Virus record (IMG/VR): IMGVR_UViG_3300010429_001737
Length of the DNA stretch: 44,640 nt
Origin: a virus
Lineage: Duplodnaviria > Heunggongvirae > Uroviricota > Caudoviricetes
Direction: 5' to 3' (one strand)
In this document: one piece after another, positions 1-8,963 of the stretch
How positions within the stretch are numbered: the stretch's first letter is position 1
How the letters are laid out: each line of letters opens with the position of its first letter
Made by a program: the position numbers and the translations under genes
The notes under the pieces: model-generated
Database searches by the model: none
What the model saw: the letters and a program-made list of their open reading frames with translations, nothing else
Told to the model about the DNA's origin: nothing

Positions 1-102
1 AGATACTAAGTGAGAAAAGGAAATCAATTTCTTAAGTATACCTAAAATAAGACCATTTAATAGCTCAAAATTAAGCCATAAATGCCTTATAATGAAGATT
101 TT

Positions 103-309
103 TTATTCACCCTTAGGTTTTCTATGGAGCAATATTTCACCTATAACATAGGCTATCAATACTAGACCTAATACGACAGTCGAGCCATAGGTAATATTCA
201 TCATATTGTTATACGATGCATATATGCTCGCGATAAAAGCTATTACCACTAATACGATTAGTGGTGCTTTACACAGATTCCCGATTGTTTTTATATATTT
301 AGTTTTCAT
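103..309 (-). CDS. Small two-pass membrane protein
   Basis: 68 aa ORF with two hydrophobic stretches; last gene of the left minus-strand operon. Confidence 0.6.
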   Translation of the reverse strand: MKTKYIKTIGNLCKAPLIVLVVIAFIASIYASYNNMMNITYGSTVVLGLVLIAYVIGEILLHRKPKGE

Positions 310-439
310 AGTATACTCGATGTAGAAATAAGATGGTTTAACCTAGGTGAAAAAAGCCCGAATGTATGGGAAAGAAGTCTCATCCGAGAAAACACCCGAT
401 TGCGATTACTCAACAATCTAACCATCTTAATTTCTGACA

Positions 440-784
440 TCATTTTTCTGTAATTATAACATGTTTGTTCTTTAAATAGTTTACTAGATAATCATATTGT
501 TCTCTTCTATTTAACATTAGCCACACCACAAAAATAAAAGAGTTTTGATGTGCGGAAAAGCTAAATGAAAAACGATGATGTTTACTACATAAGGTTATCC
601 CGTTATTTATATCAAATCTTAAATCCTCATTCTGTCGATTAATTATGTGATGTGCATTTAACATTTTTGTTTCGTCACAAAATACACATTTAAAGTTATC
701 ACGTTCCTTAACTAATTTAGACCACTCTTTAAACCTTTTCTTATTTTCTATCCTTATTTTTCTTTTCAATTCCTTTTTGTTCAT
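440..784 (-). CDS. HNH endonuclease
   Basis: ERDNFKCVFC...NAHHII...NGITLCSKHH: CxxC plus HNH signature. Confidence 0.8.
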   Translation of the reverse strand: MNKKELKRKIRIENKKRFKEWSKLVKERDNFKCVFCDETKMLNAHHIINRQNEDLRFDINNGITLCSKHHRFSFSFSAHQNSFIFVVWLMLNRREQYDYLVNYLKNKHVIITEK

Positions 785-1395
785 GTTATATTAAAAGAAG
801 AATTTACTTGTGAAATAGAATTGCTATAAATATCATTTATTCTTTCTGCGACAGGGGATAATATATAAGGCATTGTTTTGATAAATGTATAAAATGAAAT
901 TATTGGATACGATATTAACAAGAAAACGTCTTTATAACTATTTATCTCGTGATTAATTGCTGACATACTTAAAATTGCAATGGCTTCTATAATAATAAAC
1001 GTTATTAAAGAGAAGAAGAAGTTGTTAAACCAATGTGATTCATCTGAGAAGAAACTCTTTTTATAGATAAACATGAAAACCTGTATCCAAGTTATTATGA
1101 TAATAATAGAAGATAATAGATTTGACGAATTATAAAAAACATTCCATATTTTTGTTAACGAATAGTCCTCAATATTATACACACCTTTATTATCTATTAT
1201 TTCCTGTGATGCAACTTGAAGATTCTTCGATGCCAGAAAAAACTTATTTCCAATGTCTTTCGCAACAGGCTCAAATGACTTTTCCTGAATGCCTTGAAAA
1301 ACGGCATTAGCAAATATAAAAATCAAGGCAATAATCAATATTGAACGAAACATCACCTTTATGAACGGCGTCTTAGTTGGAAATTCACTTACCAT
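781..1395 (-). CDS. Multi-pass membrane protein
   Basis: 204 aa with about 4 hydrophobic segments; overlaps both neighbours. Confidence 0.7.
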   Translation of the reverse strand: MVSEFPTKTPFIKVMFRSILIIALIFIFANAVFQGIQEKSFEPVAKDIGNKFFLASKNLQVASQEIIDNKGVYNIEDYSLTKIWNVFYNSSNLLSSIIIIITWIQVFMFIYKKSFFSDESHWFNNFFFSLITFIIIEAIAILSMSAINHEINSYKDVFLLISYPIISFYTFIKTMPYILSPVAERINDIYSNSISQVNSSFNIT

Positions 1396-1706
1396 GTGAA
1401 ATAGTGGTATATTTTTAAATAATCAGTTATTTCATTAATCACTTCTTGTTCATCTATAACATCTCTTAATTTCTTTTGATGTATAAAGTATGTCTTCTTC
1501 ACGGGGTCGTTTAAAGTTATAATTTCATTATCAAATAAATATTTTATTATCTTATAGAATCTTGGGTCGCTCATATTTAACTTAGCGTTTGATGCGATTT
1601 TGCTTAAGGTTAAATCACTAGAGTTTTCATTAAAAATCAGAATTCGTGTCATAATTCGACATTCCTGGTATGTAAAGTCTGTTTTTATATCGTCCATTTT
1701 TACCAC
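1389..1706 (-). CDS. Winged-helix-like DNA-binding protein (paralogue of 1700-2008)
   Basis: LTLSKIASNA...FYKIIKYLFDNEII...KTYFIHQKKLRDVIDE; wHTH-like pattern judged by eye. Confidence 0.5.
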   Translation of the reverse strand: MVKMDDIKTDFTYQECRIMTRILIFNENSSDLTLSKIASNAKLNMSDPRFYKIIKYLFDNEIITLNDPVKKTYFIHQKKLRDVIDEQEVINEITDYLKIYHYFTW

Positions 1707-2008
1707 TGGCAGTAATGCTCCTGGTTAAAATACTCATAATATAAGTTAGTAATTGGCAATTCATCAATCATATCCTTTAGTTTTTTTATTCGAACTTGGT
1801 ATCTCTTAATTCCTGCTACTGTATCATATAATCCAATAACATCTTTACTGATTAAATATTCAATTAATTTACGCAAATCAGGCTGGGGAGTCAGATATCC
1901 CAAAGAGCGCTCAAATTCGGATATGACAAAGACGTTTTTTCCTAGCTTAATTAGAGATATTAAGTATAATATTGTCCGAGGAATCCTGTTTATATTCTCT
2001 TCTATCAT
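1700..2008 (-). CDS. Winged-helix-like DNA-binding protein (paralogue of 1389-1706)
   Basis: LRKLIEYLISKDVI...KRYQVRIKKLKDMIDE. Confidence 0.5.
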   Translation of the reverse strand: MIEENINRIPRTILYLISLIKLGKNVFVISEFERSLGYLTPQPDLRKLIEYLISKDVIGLYDTVAGIKRYQVRIKKLKDMIDELPITNLYYEYFNQEHYCQW

Positions 2009-2172
2009 TGTATTTTTGATATAATAATATATACTTTTTATAACTATTTAAATCTTTCTAATATCATATTATAAAAAGTTAAAAGATACCTTTAAATATC
2101 ATCGACTCTTTGAATAATTATGAGATATAATGTTATATTTATACAAGTGAAAGGAGGTCAAAATTAAAGCAC

Positions 2173-3090
2173 ATGGACAAACAAGGAAAAGGTAGTATTT
2201 GGATACCTGTTGCCGTGTTCTTAGTCGTTGGATTGTTAGGAGTGATTGCTTATGGCGTTCTTTTTATGGAACCTGTTGCTCAGACAACTTTTGCTGACCA
2301 ACAAACTGGTTCAAATGGAAATGGCGTATACATAAGTACTGGAGCTACAACTTTGTCAATTGCTGGTAAAGACGCTCTGCAAGAAGGAACTTCTGTTGGG
2401 TCTACATCTTACATTGATGTAAGTGGTGTTGGATTCAAGACAGGAATTACATCTGCATCGCCTAAACAAGTACTTGATATTCTATTAGTAAATAATACTG
2501 GATATCATAATGTCTACATACCAGGACAAGCTGTCCCAGCATCACCAACTATGCCAATCGAAGCTAAGTTCTTTGCTAATTCATCACTAACTATTAACGC
2601 TTGGAATCAGAATGACCAATTGATGACTAGTGCTGGAGGAACACAGAATGAAACAGGAGCTTCAGGAGCTACATATACATGGAAGTTGAAATTCACAGCT
2701 CAAGACAAGAAATCTACTCAAGATATGAGATGTGTTCTTGAATCTACAGCTGGACAGAATACAACTGACGTAATATTGTCAGGCTCTGACTTAGGCGCTT
2801 CTTTCTTAGGAAAGAATAAACCTAACTGGTATTCAATGGCAGGTTCTAACTCTGGTGTTTACGTGTATGATGTTAAAGCTATATCAGGCGCTGACCCTGT
2901 TTACGGAACATTAACTACTAAGTCTGGAACATCAAAAACTCTAGCAGGTGGTAACTACGTAAAAATAGCTTGTTATACTAAAGAATGGTTCTTAGACTCT
3001 TATACCGGAAAAGTCGTTTTCGATGTAGAAGACAGTCAAGGTAATCTTCAAAGTATAGCTGCATACAGTTTCACAGGTTATATCAACTAA
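2173..3090 (+). CDS. Membrane-anchored beta-rich protein, candidate major virion/envelope protein
   Basis: GGAGGT SD, N-terminal KGKG followed by a hydrophobic helix, S/T/G-rich body, visible GCT/ACT/TCT codon bias, own T-rich terminator. Confidence 0.6.
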   Translation: MDKQGKGSIWIPVAVFLVVGLLGVIAYGVLFMEPVAQTTFADQQTGSNGNGVYISTGATTLSIAGKDALQEGTSVGSTSYIDVSGVGFKTGITSASPKQVLDILLVNNTGYHNVYIPGQAVPASPTMPIEAKFFANSSLTINAWNQNDQLMTSAGGTQNETGASGATYTWKLKFTAQDKKSTQDMRCVLESTAGQNTTDVILSGSDLGASFLGKNKPNWYSMAGSNSGVYVYDVKAISGADPVYGTLTTKSGTSKTLAGGNYVKIACYTKEWFLDSYTGKVVFDVEDSQGNLQSIAAYSFTGYIN

Positions 3091-3095
3091 GCTGA

Positions 3096-3132
3096 TTTTT
3101 AATTCTTTATTCTTTTCTTTTTATTTTCTTTT
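3096..3132 (+). terminator. Archaeal-type oligo-T terminator
   Basis: Long T-rich tract immediately after the stop codon of 2173-3090. Confidence 0.55.
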
Positions 3133-3168
3133 AGTAACTTTTATATAGTATAGTGAATATTATGATAA

Positions 3169-3531
3169 ATGAAAAGAACTACTATATATTTACTAATTAT
3201 TATGACACTGATTATAATCACTATTTCGATATTATCTTATAATCTATTTCTGGAACCCGCTTATGAAAGCGTTTTAGGTGGATGTAACATTACGCCTATT
3301 GAAGCAACAGGGACAACAACATTTGTCTATAACAAAACAACAGACGAAGTTCATGCATTAGTTACTCTTGTTAAGTTTGAAGATGACACATTAAATGAAA
3401 GAATAAAAAAACATGAATTATGTCATATAGAACAATATTCTCGTGGATGGATTAGAGATTGTGATAAAAACAAAGGAAAACTACTACGTTTTATCGCAGA
3501 AGTCGAATGTAATGTAAGAATGTATCTTTAA
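3169..3531 (+). CDS. Membrane-anchored HExxH (zincin-like) protein
   Basis: N-terminal TM helix; KKHELCHIEQ; distal E in AEVEC. Confidence 0.5.
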   Translation: MKRTTIYLLIIMTLIIITISILSYNLFLEPAYESVLGGCNITPIEATGTTTFVYNKTTDEVHALVTLVKFEDDTLNERIKKHELCHIEQYSRGWIRDCDKNKGKLLRFIAEVECNVRMYL

Positions 3532-3655
3532 CTATATCTAAGAAAATTTTATAAACTTTAAATTATTAATTATACTATCACCTCTTTACCTACTTAGAGG
3601 CTACCTAACGAACATAAGTAGTTATGTATCCTCTAAGCAAGGTTTCAATATCAAT

Positions 3656-3728
3656 CGCGGTGTAGTGTAACGGTTTAGCACGTAGGCCTCATGCGCCTAA
3701 AGTCTTTGTTCGACTCAAGCATCCGCGA
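3656..3728 (+). tRNA. tRNA with CAT anticodon (Met or Ile2), irregular, no encoded CCA
   Basis: Cloverleaf: CGCGG/CCGCG acceptor, D arm GTGT-AACGGTTTA-GCAC, anticodon stem TAGGC/GCCTA with loop CTCATGC (CAT at 3690-3692), T loop GTTCGACTC. Confidence 0.8.
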
Positions 3729-3745
3729 TATCACTACAAAAATAA

Positions 3746-3768
3746 AATTAACAATAATATTTATAAAG
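3746..3768 (+). promoter_or_regulatory. Class B promoter AATTAACAATAATATTTATAAAG
   Basis: Repeated motif with TTTATAAA TATA box; ATG 22 nt downstream. Confidence 0.75.
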
Positions 3769-3789
3769 GGTAGTTTAGTATATAATTTA

Positions 3790-4656
3790 ATGAAAAACAA
3801 AATATTAATGCTAGGAATTTTGGCTTTAGCCTTAATAACAATCGTTTATGCTGCAGACACTATTACTATATCAACCCCTAATGATAATGGTTTCATAGAT
3901 GGCACAGGATTATGGATATTTAATATGGATACTAATTCGGCAAATGTTACTAATGTTAGCATATGGATAGGAGTTGAAGGTTCATTTGATACAGCAATCG
4001 ACGAACCAACAGCAATCGTAAATAATGTATCTGAACAACAAACATCGTGGAATTATACTGAATCATACGCGGCTATTCCAGATTGTGGCCCCGTTTTAGC
4101 AGTAAATGCTACTGCCTATAACGTTACAGGTGGAATTATAACTTCTGATTATATTGAAAATGTGTCATTAAACAAGGGAAGTCCTACTGCTACATATGCA
4201 GGTAATTCATTAATCCCTGTTAATGAATATGGCTATTTCACATCAGACCAGTATTTCACTCTTGGTCTTGCACCAGATACTTCAATTGGATTTTGTAATT
4301 GTACTGTATCGTTAAATAGTTTAACAAAAAGTATATCAGTATCACCCTATGGTGGATTAACCAATTTTGGTAGTCAAGATGGATGCTCAGCTAATTATCT
4401 CGGAAGTGATTGGAATTTAAGTGAAAATACTCTTTATTCATATACTATAAAAGCTACTGATTGTAATAATAATCAAACTACATCGGGCACTAGAAAGTTA
4501 GTTATGATGTCAGCATCTGGAACTGGGTATATACCAGTAGACCAGTTAAATATAGCACCTAATAACCAACAATCAACTAGTTTATCATTTGGAGATAGAA
4601 TAAAACTTTGGTTCCAAAGTTTTATTGATAAGTTAAGAAATATGTTTAGAAGATAA
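3790..4656 (+). CDS. Secreted or membrane-anchored glycoprotein-like protein (start revised from 3691)
   Basis: Track ATG at 3691 lies in the tRNA anticodon loop; MKNKILMLG signal at 3790 follows the class B promoter; about 10 N-x-S/T sequons. Confidence 0.7.
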   Translation: MKNKILMLGILALALITIVYAADTITISTPNDNGFIDGTGLWIFNMDTNSANVTNVSIWIGVEGSFDTAIDEPTAIVNNVSEQQTSWNYTESYAAIPDCGPVLAVNATAYNVTGGIITSDYIENVSLNKGSPTATYAGNSLIPVNEYGYFTSDQYFTLGLAPDTSIGFCNCTVSLNSLTKSISVSPYGGLTNFGSQDGCSANYLGSDWNLSENTLYSYTIKATDCNNNQTTSGTRKLVMMSASGTGYIPVDQLNIAPNNQQSTSLSFGDRIKLWFQSFIDKLRNMFRR

Positions 4657-4692
4657 TTATATTATAACACATAATTATATTAAATCTTATTA

Positions 4693-5658
4693 CTATTCCA
4701 TTGGTGTATCTGTTATAATGCTTTTTAACGCTTTCTGACCTTGTTCATTCTCTAAGTCAAGACCTGTTACTTTATCGACATCCAATAACTCTTGTTTCTC
4801 AGCGAATACTAAGAACGCGTCGATTATTCTGTTTATCCGTTGGTTTGCTTTTTGGTCTATAAAAACATCCTCAATCTTATTTAAGAAATGATGTCTATTA
4901 AAATTAACATTTGAATGTTGAAATTTTGATAATTGTTCATATACTATTTCATGTTCTCTTTCGCCATCACTTAATAACTTATTTAATTTATATCGAGTAT
5001 TCTCTGAAGCAACATATCTCTCAGCACTTTGAATTAAACGGTATACAGCTACAAATATTTGAGCTTTATGAATAGGTTTTTCTGTTAATATGAATAACTG
5101 AGTTAAAACGCTATAAGGCACATTAGCTGCGATGTATGCATTAACTTCTTGAATCTCTTTCTTGTTAAATGTTCGTATTATTTCTATAATAGTCGTTCTC
5201 CGTTCGATGGCTCTATCGAGTGACGAAAACAGAGGTAGATTCTCGTTTTTTTCGATTAATTCGTTCGCATCAGATAAAACAGCATTTTCTTCACTTTCAT
5301 CTAAATCATCAGAAATAACATCATTAGCAGCACTAAATTGGTCATTTAGAAGCTCGCTATTAACCGTTTTTTCTGTTTCCTGTATATTTTCTTGTTCTAT
5401 TTTTTCACTCTTATCACTATAATCACTTATTTTCTCTTGTATTTCGTCATTCAATTTATCCATCCTATCCAATGCATTATCCTCTTCTGATTCGTCTTCA
5501 AAATATAAATTATCAGGTAAGTCGGCATTATTCGTTGTCATAGAATCATCTTGATTTAATTCCTCTAATACCGGGTCAATAATATCATCATGAATTTTTA
5601 ATTCGGCACCCTTCATTATTGGAATGCCGTTTTCGTCAAGATTTCGACCGTTTATCAT
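4693..5658 (-). CDS. Hypothetical protein with acidic N-terminal half
   Basis: 321 aa ORF directly downstream of the ATPase. Confidence 0.75.
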   Translation of the reverse strand: MINGRNLDENGIPIMKGAELKIHDDIIDPVLEELNQDDSMTTNNADLPDNLYFEDESEEDNALDRMDKLNDEIQEKISDYSDKSEKIEQENIQETEKTVNSELLNDQFSAANDVISDDLDESEENAVLSDANELIEKNENLPLFSSLDRAIERRTTIIEIIRTFNKKEIQEVNAYIAANVPYSVLTQLFILTEKPIHKAQIFVAVYRLIQSAERYVASENTRYKLNKLLSDGEREHEIVYEQLSKFQHSNVNFNRHHFLNKIEDVFIDQKANQRINRIIDAFLVFAEKQELLDVDKVTGLDLENEQGQKALKSIITDTPME

Positions 5659-5659
5659 T

Positions 5660-7300
5660 TTAATCCAATTCCCATTCTTCTTCAGTATTTATATTAGATT
5701 CTTTCTCTCTTTTTATACGTTTCTCTTTCTCATGTCGTATCTCAGGTAATGTTATATCTACATCATCGTTATCTTCCTCTTCACTAATATTCTCTTCAGT
5801 CTCTGTCACATCACTATCATCATCTTGGTTCACAGGAACACCTCTAGACATAACACGACTTAATTCCTCTATTTCATCAACATCTTTTGATGCTCTTCTT
5901 CGTAATGCTTTAACCTTCTGCTTAATTAATTCTTTCTCTTCTAATTCAGCCAGTTTCTCCTGCATGGCTTTTTCTCTTTCTTTCTCTTTTGCTACCCTAG
6001 CTGCTTCTTTTTTCAATTCTTCATCTCTCTCGATTTCTTTTTTCTTTTTTTCATAATCCTCGATTATTTCGTCTATGATTGGTCTGACATCTTTCCATTG
6101 GTCAACATACGATTTCCAAACATGGTCATAGAAATTACCATAACCCTTTTGCCAATACATTGTTCTTGGCAAAAAGAAATATCTCTTTTTAACCTTTTTA
6201 CCAGTTTCAGATATATAATACTCACCCGGATTCAATACACTTAAATCTTGAATCTGACGCTTACTCATTAAGTTGTCTTTATGAAGCTGTTTAGTTCCAG
6301 CTTCTTTATCGGCTTCACCTGTTAGTTTGCCGAAGATAGTTAAATCTTGACTACCATCAACCATTCCTCGAACTTCCGACGGCGACTGAGCGTCCATGAA
6401 CATATGCATACCTCGTCTACCCATTCTAATATAATGAGCTAATTGTCTTCTAAAGATTTTATATCTTGCTGGGCTAATACTATCATCTGTCGCTCTAAAG
6501 AACTCAGCAGCTTCTTGAATTATTAAAATGTTTTTACTCGGGATTTTTCCATTATCTAATAAAACAGAAATCTGTCGTAAAATCCAACCCATAACAAACA
6601 AACGAAAATCCTTCTCAATAAAATCTAATGCTAATACTGTAATAGATTCTTTATCCTTCATTTCACTAATCAAATCTAGATTATAATTGCTATATTCTCC
6701 TTGTAATAACTTATGTTTTACTAAGGGAGAAACAAACCCTTTATATAACATAGTGTTTTCACCACTTAGTTTTTTAAAATATTTTAACAAATGAGCACCG
6801 TTATCGTTTTTTCTCATCATGTCTTTTGCTTCTCGCCATAAATGTTCATTTGTTGGAGCAATATCACCAATTACTAATGAGATATCGTCAGTTTCGATTG
6901 ATGTGATTGGAATTGTGAAAACTTTTGAATTAATGTAAGGTTGCTTCTGTGGAAGTTTATGTCTTAAATCACTTGTCATTGGATACAAAACGTTTACTTT
7001 ATATTGTTTTGGCCCTTCTTGTTCAAGTCGTAATGTTTTCTTAACTTTATCCCAATATTTAAAATCCCGAGAAGGTAGTAACCAATACATTTGTTCATTT
7101 CTATCACCTCCCCATAAATGCATAATTTTATATTTTCTATCAGGGTGGTCATGATATTTTTGAGATAGAGATATCATTCCTGTTGATTTTCCAGAACCTA
7201 TCCTACCGAAGAGAAAGATTCCTCCAATCAGTATAGGCGGAGTATTAAAAATAGCAGATTGCAACGGATTACTCTTATTAATCTTTCTTAATCCAATCAT
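5660..7300 (-). CDS. FtsK/HerA-superfamily P-loop ATPase, candidate genome-packaging ATPase
   Basis: Walker A GRIGSGKST, Walker B LIIQEAAEFF, RMGRRG and DAQSP motifs; C-terminal coiled coil and acidic tail. Confidence 0.75.
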   Translation of the reverse strand: MIGLRKINKSNPLQSAIFNTPPILIGGIFLFGRIGSGKSTGMISLSQKYHDHPDRKYKIMHLWGGDRNEQMYWLLPSRDFKYWDKVKKTLRLEQEGPKQYKVNVLYPMTSDLRHKLPQKQPYINSKVFTIPITSIETDDISLVIGDIAPTNEHLWREAKDMMRKNDNGAHLLKYFKKLSGENTMLYKGFVSPLVKHKLLQGEYSNYNLDLISEMKDKESITVLALDFIEKDFRLFVMGWILRQISVLLDNGKIPSKNILIIQEAAEFFRATDDSISPARYKIFRRQLAHYIRMGRRGMHMFMDAQSPSEVRGMVDGSQDLTIFGKLTGEADKEAGTKQLHKDNLMSKRQIQDLSVLNPGEYYISETGKKVKKRYFFLPRTMYWQKGYGNFYDHVWKSYVDQWKDVRPIIDEIIEDYEKKKKEIERDEELKKEAARVAKEKEREKAMQEKLAELEEKELIKQKVKALRRRASKDVDEIEELSRVMSRGVPVNQDDDSDVTETEENISEEEDNDDVDITLPEIRHEKEKRIKREKESNINTEEEWELD

Positions 7301-7437
7301 TCTAAATTCCTCTGTTCTCTGAGTTGTTTAATTTCTTTCCTACACTTTTCACAATAATTTCCAGGAGACCCTGTTTCGTCAATGAATTCTCTTTCGTCTT
7401 TATTGTTTCCACAACGATAACATAATAACTTACCCAT
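7297..7437 (-). CDS. Small Zn-ribbon protein (46 aa, not in ORF track)
   Basis: MGKLLCYRCG...YCEKC; stop overlaps the ATPase start. Confidence 0.6.
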   Translation of the reverse strand: MGKLLCYRCGNNKDEREFIDETGSPGNYCEKCRKEIKQLREQRNLE

Positions 7438-7438
7438 T

Positions 7439-7720
7439 TTATCTTTTCTTTCTCCTGCTCTTATTATGTGGACGAGGCATTCCTTTAGGCCAAGGGATTA
7501 AGATTCCAACACCAACAACAGTTAACGCTTTTTTACTCTTCTTATTATCTTTAGCTAATTTTATAATATCATCCAACTCTTCTGTTGCCCATGAACTATT
7601 AACAGAAAACTGAGTTACGCCATCAGGTGTTATCGTATACCCTTTCCTTACCAATTCAGGTGCTTTTTCAGTATCAACCTTTACTTTTCCATTTTTTATT
7701 TTATGTGATATCTTTGGCAT
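7439..7720 (-). CDS. Small basic hypothetical protein
   Basis: Co-directional ORF in operon. Confidence 0.6.
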   Translation of the reverse strand: MPKISHKIKNGKVKVDTEKAPELVRKGYTITPDGVTQFSVNSSWATEELDDIIKLAKDNKKSKKALTVVGVGILIPWPKGMPRPHNKSRRKKR

Positions 7721-8027
7721 TTGTTTTTCCTCCTTTCAAACCTTTTTCTTTTAATAGACACCATAAATATTCTAGTGTCATATCCGGGTATCTTTTATTT
7801 ATTATTTTTAATATATATAAACGTAAAGAGTCTTTATATGATTTTCTATCACAATGAGGCATCAACCCGCTGGATTTCACCTGATTATGAGCAAAGTCTT
7901 GGAGTGTCGGGTTAATTTCTCTCATAAAAATATCTATGTCTAATGTAGATACATCTTCTTTTTTCACTTTATCAAATCGTTCTTGAATTCGTTTTCGTAA
8001 TTCTCTATTAACATCTTCTCTTTTCAT
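7701..8027 (-). CDS. Hypothetical protein
   Basis: Co-directional ORF overlapping neighbours. Confidence 0.6.
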   Translation of the reverse strand: MKREDVNRELRKRIQERFDKVKKEDVSTLDIDIFMREINPTLQDFAHNQVKSSGLMPHCDRKSYKDSLRLYILKIINKRYPDMTLEYLWCLLKEKGLKGGKTNAKDIT

Positions 8028-8263
8028 CCCACATAATTAGCTCTTCTCGTAGACATATTTAGATTAATAAAAGATTCTAAACTATTGATTTTATGTTCTA
8101 ATGCTAAAGTTTTATCTGAAATAGCAGTAAGAGTATTCACCATTGCACCTAAGATTTCTTTCAAATCTTCTAATTTTTGATTATTTGTTTCTTTATTCGT
8201 CGTCATGTTGTTCAGTCTCCTGTTCACAATATGGACAATCATCATCGTGATAAGCTGTAGCAT
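8024..8263 (-). CDS. Small coiled-coil protein
   Basis: Heptad-like LEDLKEILGAM...LEHKINSLE. Confidence 0.55.
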   Translation of the reverse strand: MLQLITMMIVHIVNRRLNNMTTNKETNNQKLEDLKEILGAMVNTLTAISDKTLALEHKINSLESFINLNMSTRRANYVG

Positions 8264-8310
8264 CTAAGCGCTCATATGTTTTGCCTGTGATTGGACATCT
8301 AACTATCATT

Positions 8311-8631
8311 TTAAAAATATACATCCCAATTGAGTTTACTTTTTTGTAATAGTGAATTATATTCTTCTAATTCACTAGCGTTTCGTAATACTAATATAAA
8401 ATCCTCTTCTTTCCATTGTTTAACACTTGTTTTCGGGACAAATAACGGCAAAACCGACCACATTTTACAAAGTAAAATAGCAAATTTATTTAATGTATTC
8501 TTATTTCCGTATATCTCGCCGAATCGATTAATAATATAACCTTCATTTCTAAACTCATCTAACATTATTTTCCAATATTTTTTATTAGATTCAGCTGTAG
8601 CTTTAACATCTATGATTTGAATATTACCCAT
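8311..8631 (-). CDS. Hypothetical protein
   Basis: Co-directional ORF with GGAGGT upstream. Confidence 0.6.
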   Translation of the reverse strand: MGNIQIIDVKATAESNKKYWKIMLDEFRNEGYIINRFGEIYGNKNTLNKFAILLCKMWSVLPLFVPKTSVKQWKEEDFILVLRNASELEEYNSLLQKSKLNWDVYF

Positions 8632-8963
8632 TTATACCTCCCAGATAAGATGTTCTTTCGTTCTTCAGATAAAATTATGAATAAAAGAATATTACCTAAT
8701 ACCTTAGAAAGAGCAATGAAGAGTAAACAAATAAACAGCATAGTTGATAAGAACGAAATGATGAACCAAAACATCATTGAGTCAGGAGTTGAAATACTAG
8801 AAACTTCCTCTATTTCAGTTATAAATTGACCATAAGCGAAAAACAACGGGATGACACATATAACAAAGAAAATTGCACTAATAATAGTAATCAGTATTTC
8901 TATTCTTTTTCTATATTCTTTAACAGTAACTAAATTACTGCCTTTATGTTTATCCTGTGGCAT
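8610..8963 (-). CDS. Two-pass membrane protein
   Basis: Two long hydrophobic segments. Confidence 0.65.
   Translation of the reverse strand: MPQDKHKGSNLVTVKEYRKRIEILITIISAIFFVICVIPLFFAYGQFITEIEEVSSISTPDSMMFWFIISFLSTMLFICLLFIALSKVLGNILLFIILSEERKNILSGRYKWVIFKS

Noticed and set aside
3700-3730. tRNA 3' end as an integrase attachment site
   Set aside because: I found no second copy of the tRNA 3' half in the window and no boundary to host-like genes; the tRNA appears to be viral cargo
3691-3789. N-terminal 33 codons of the track ORF 3691-4656
   Set aside because: The ATG lies in the tRNA anticodon loop and the extension crosses the tRNA and the class B promoter; the true start is 3790
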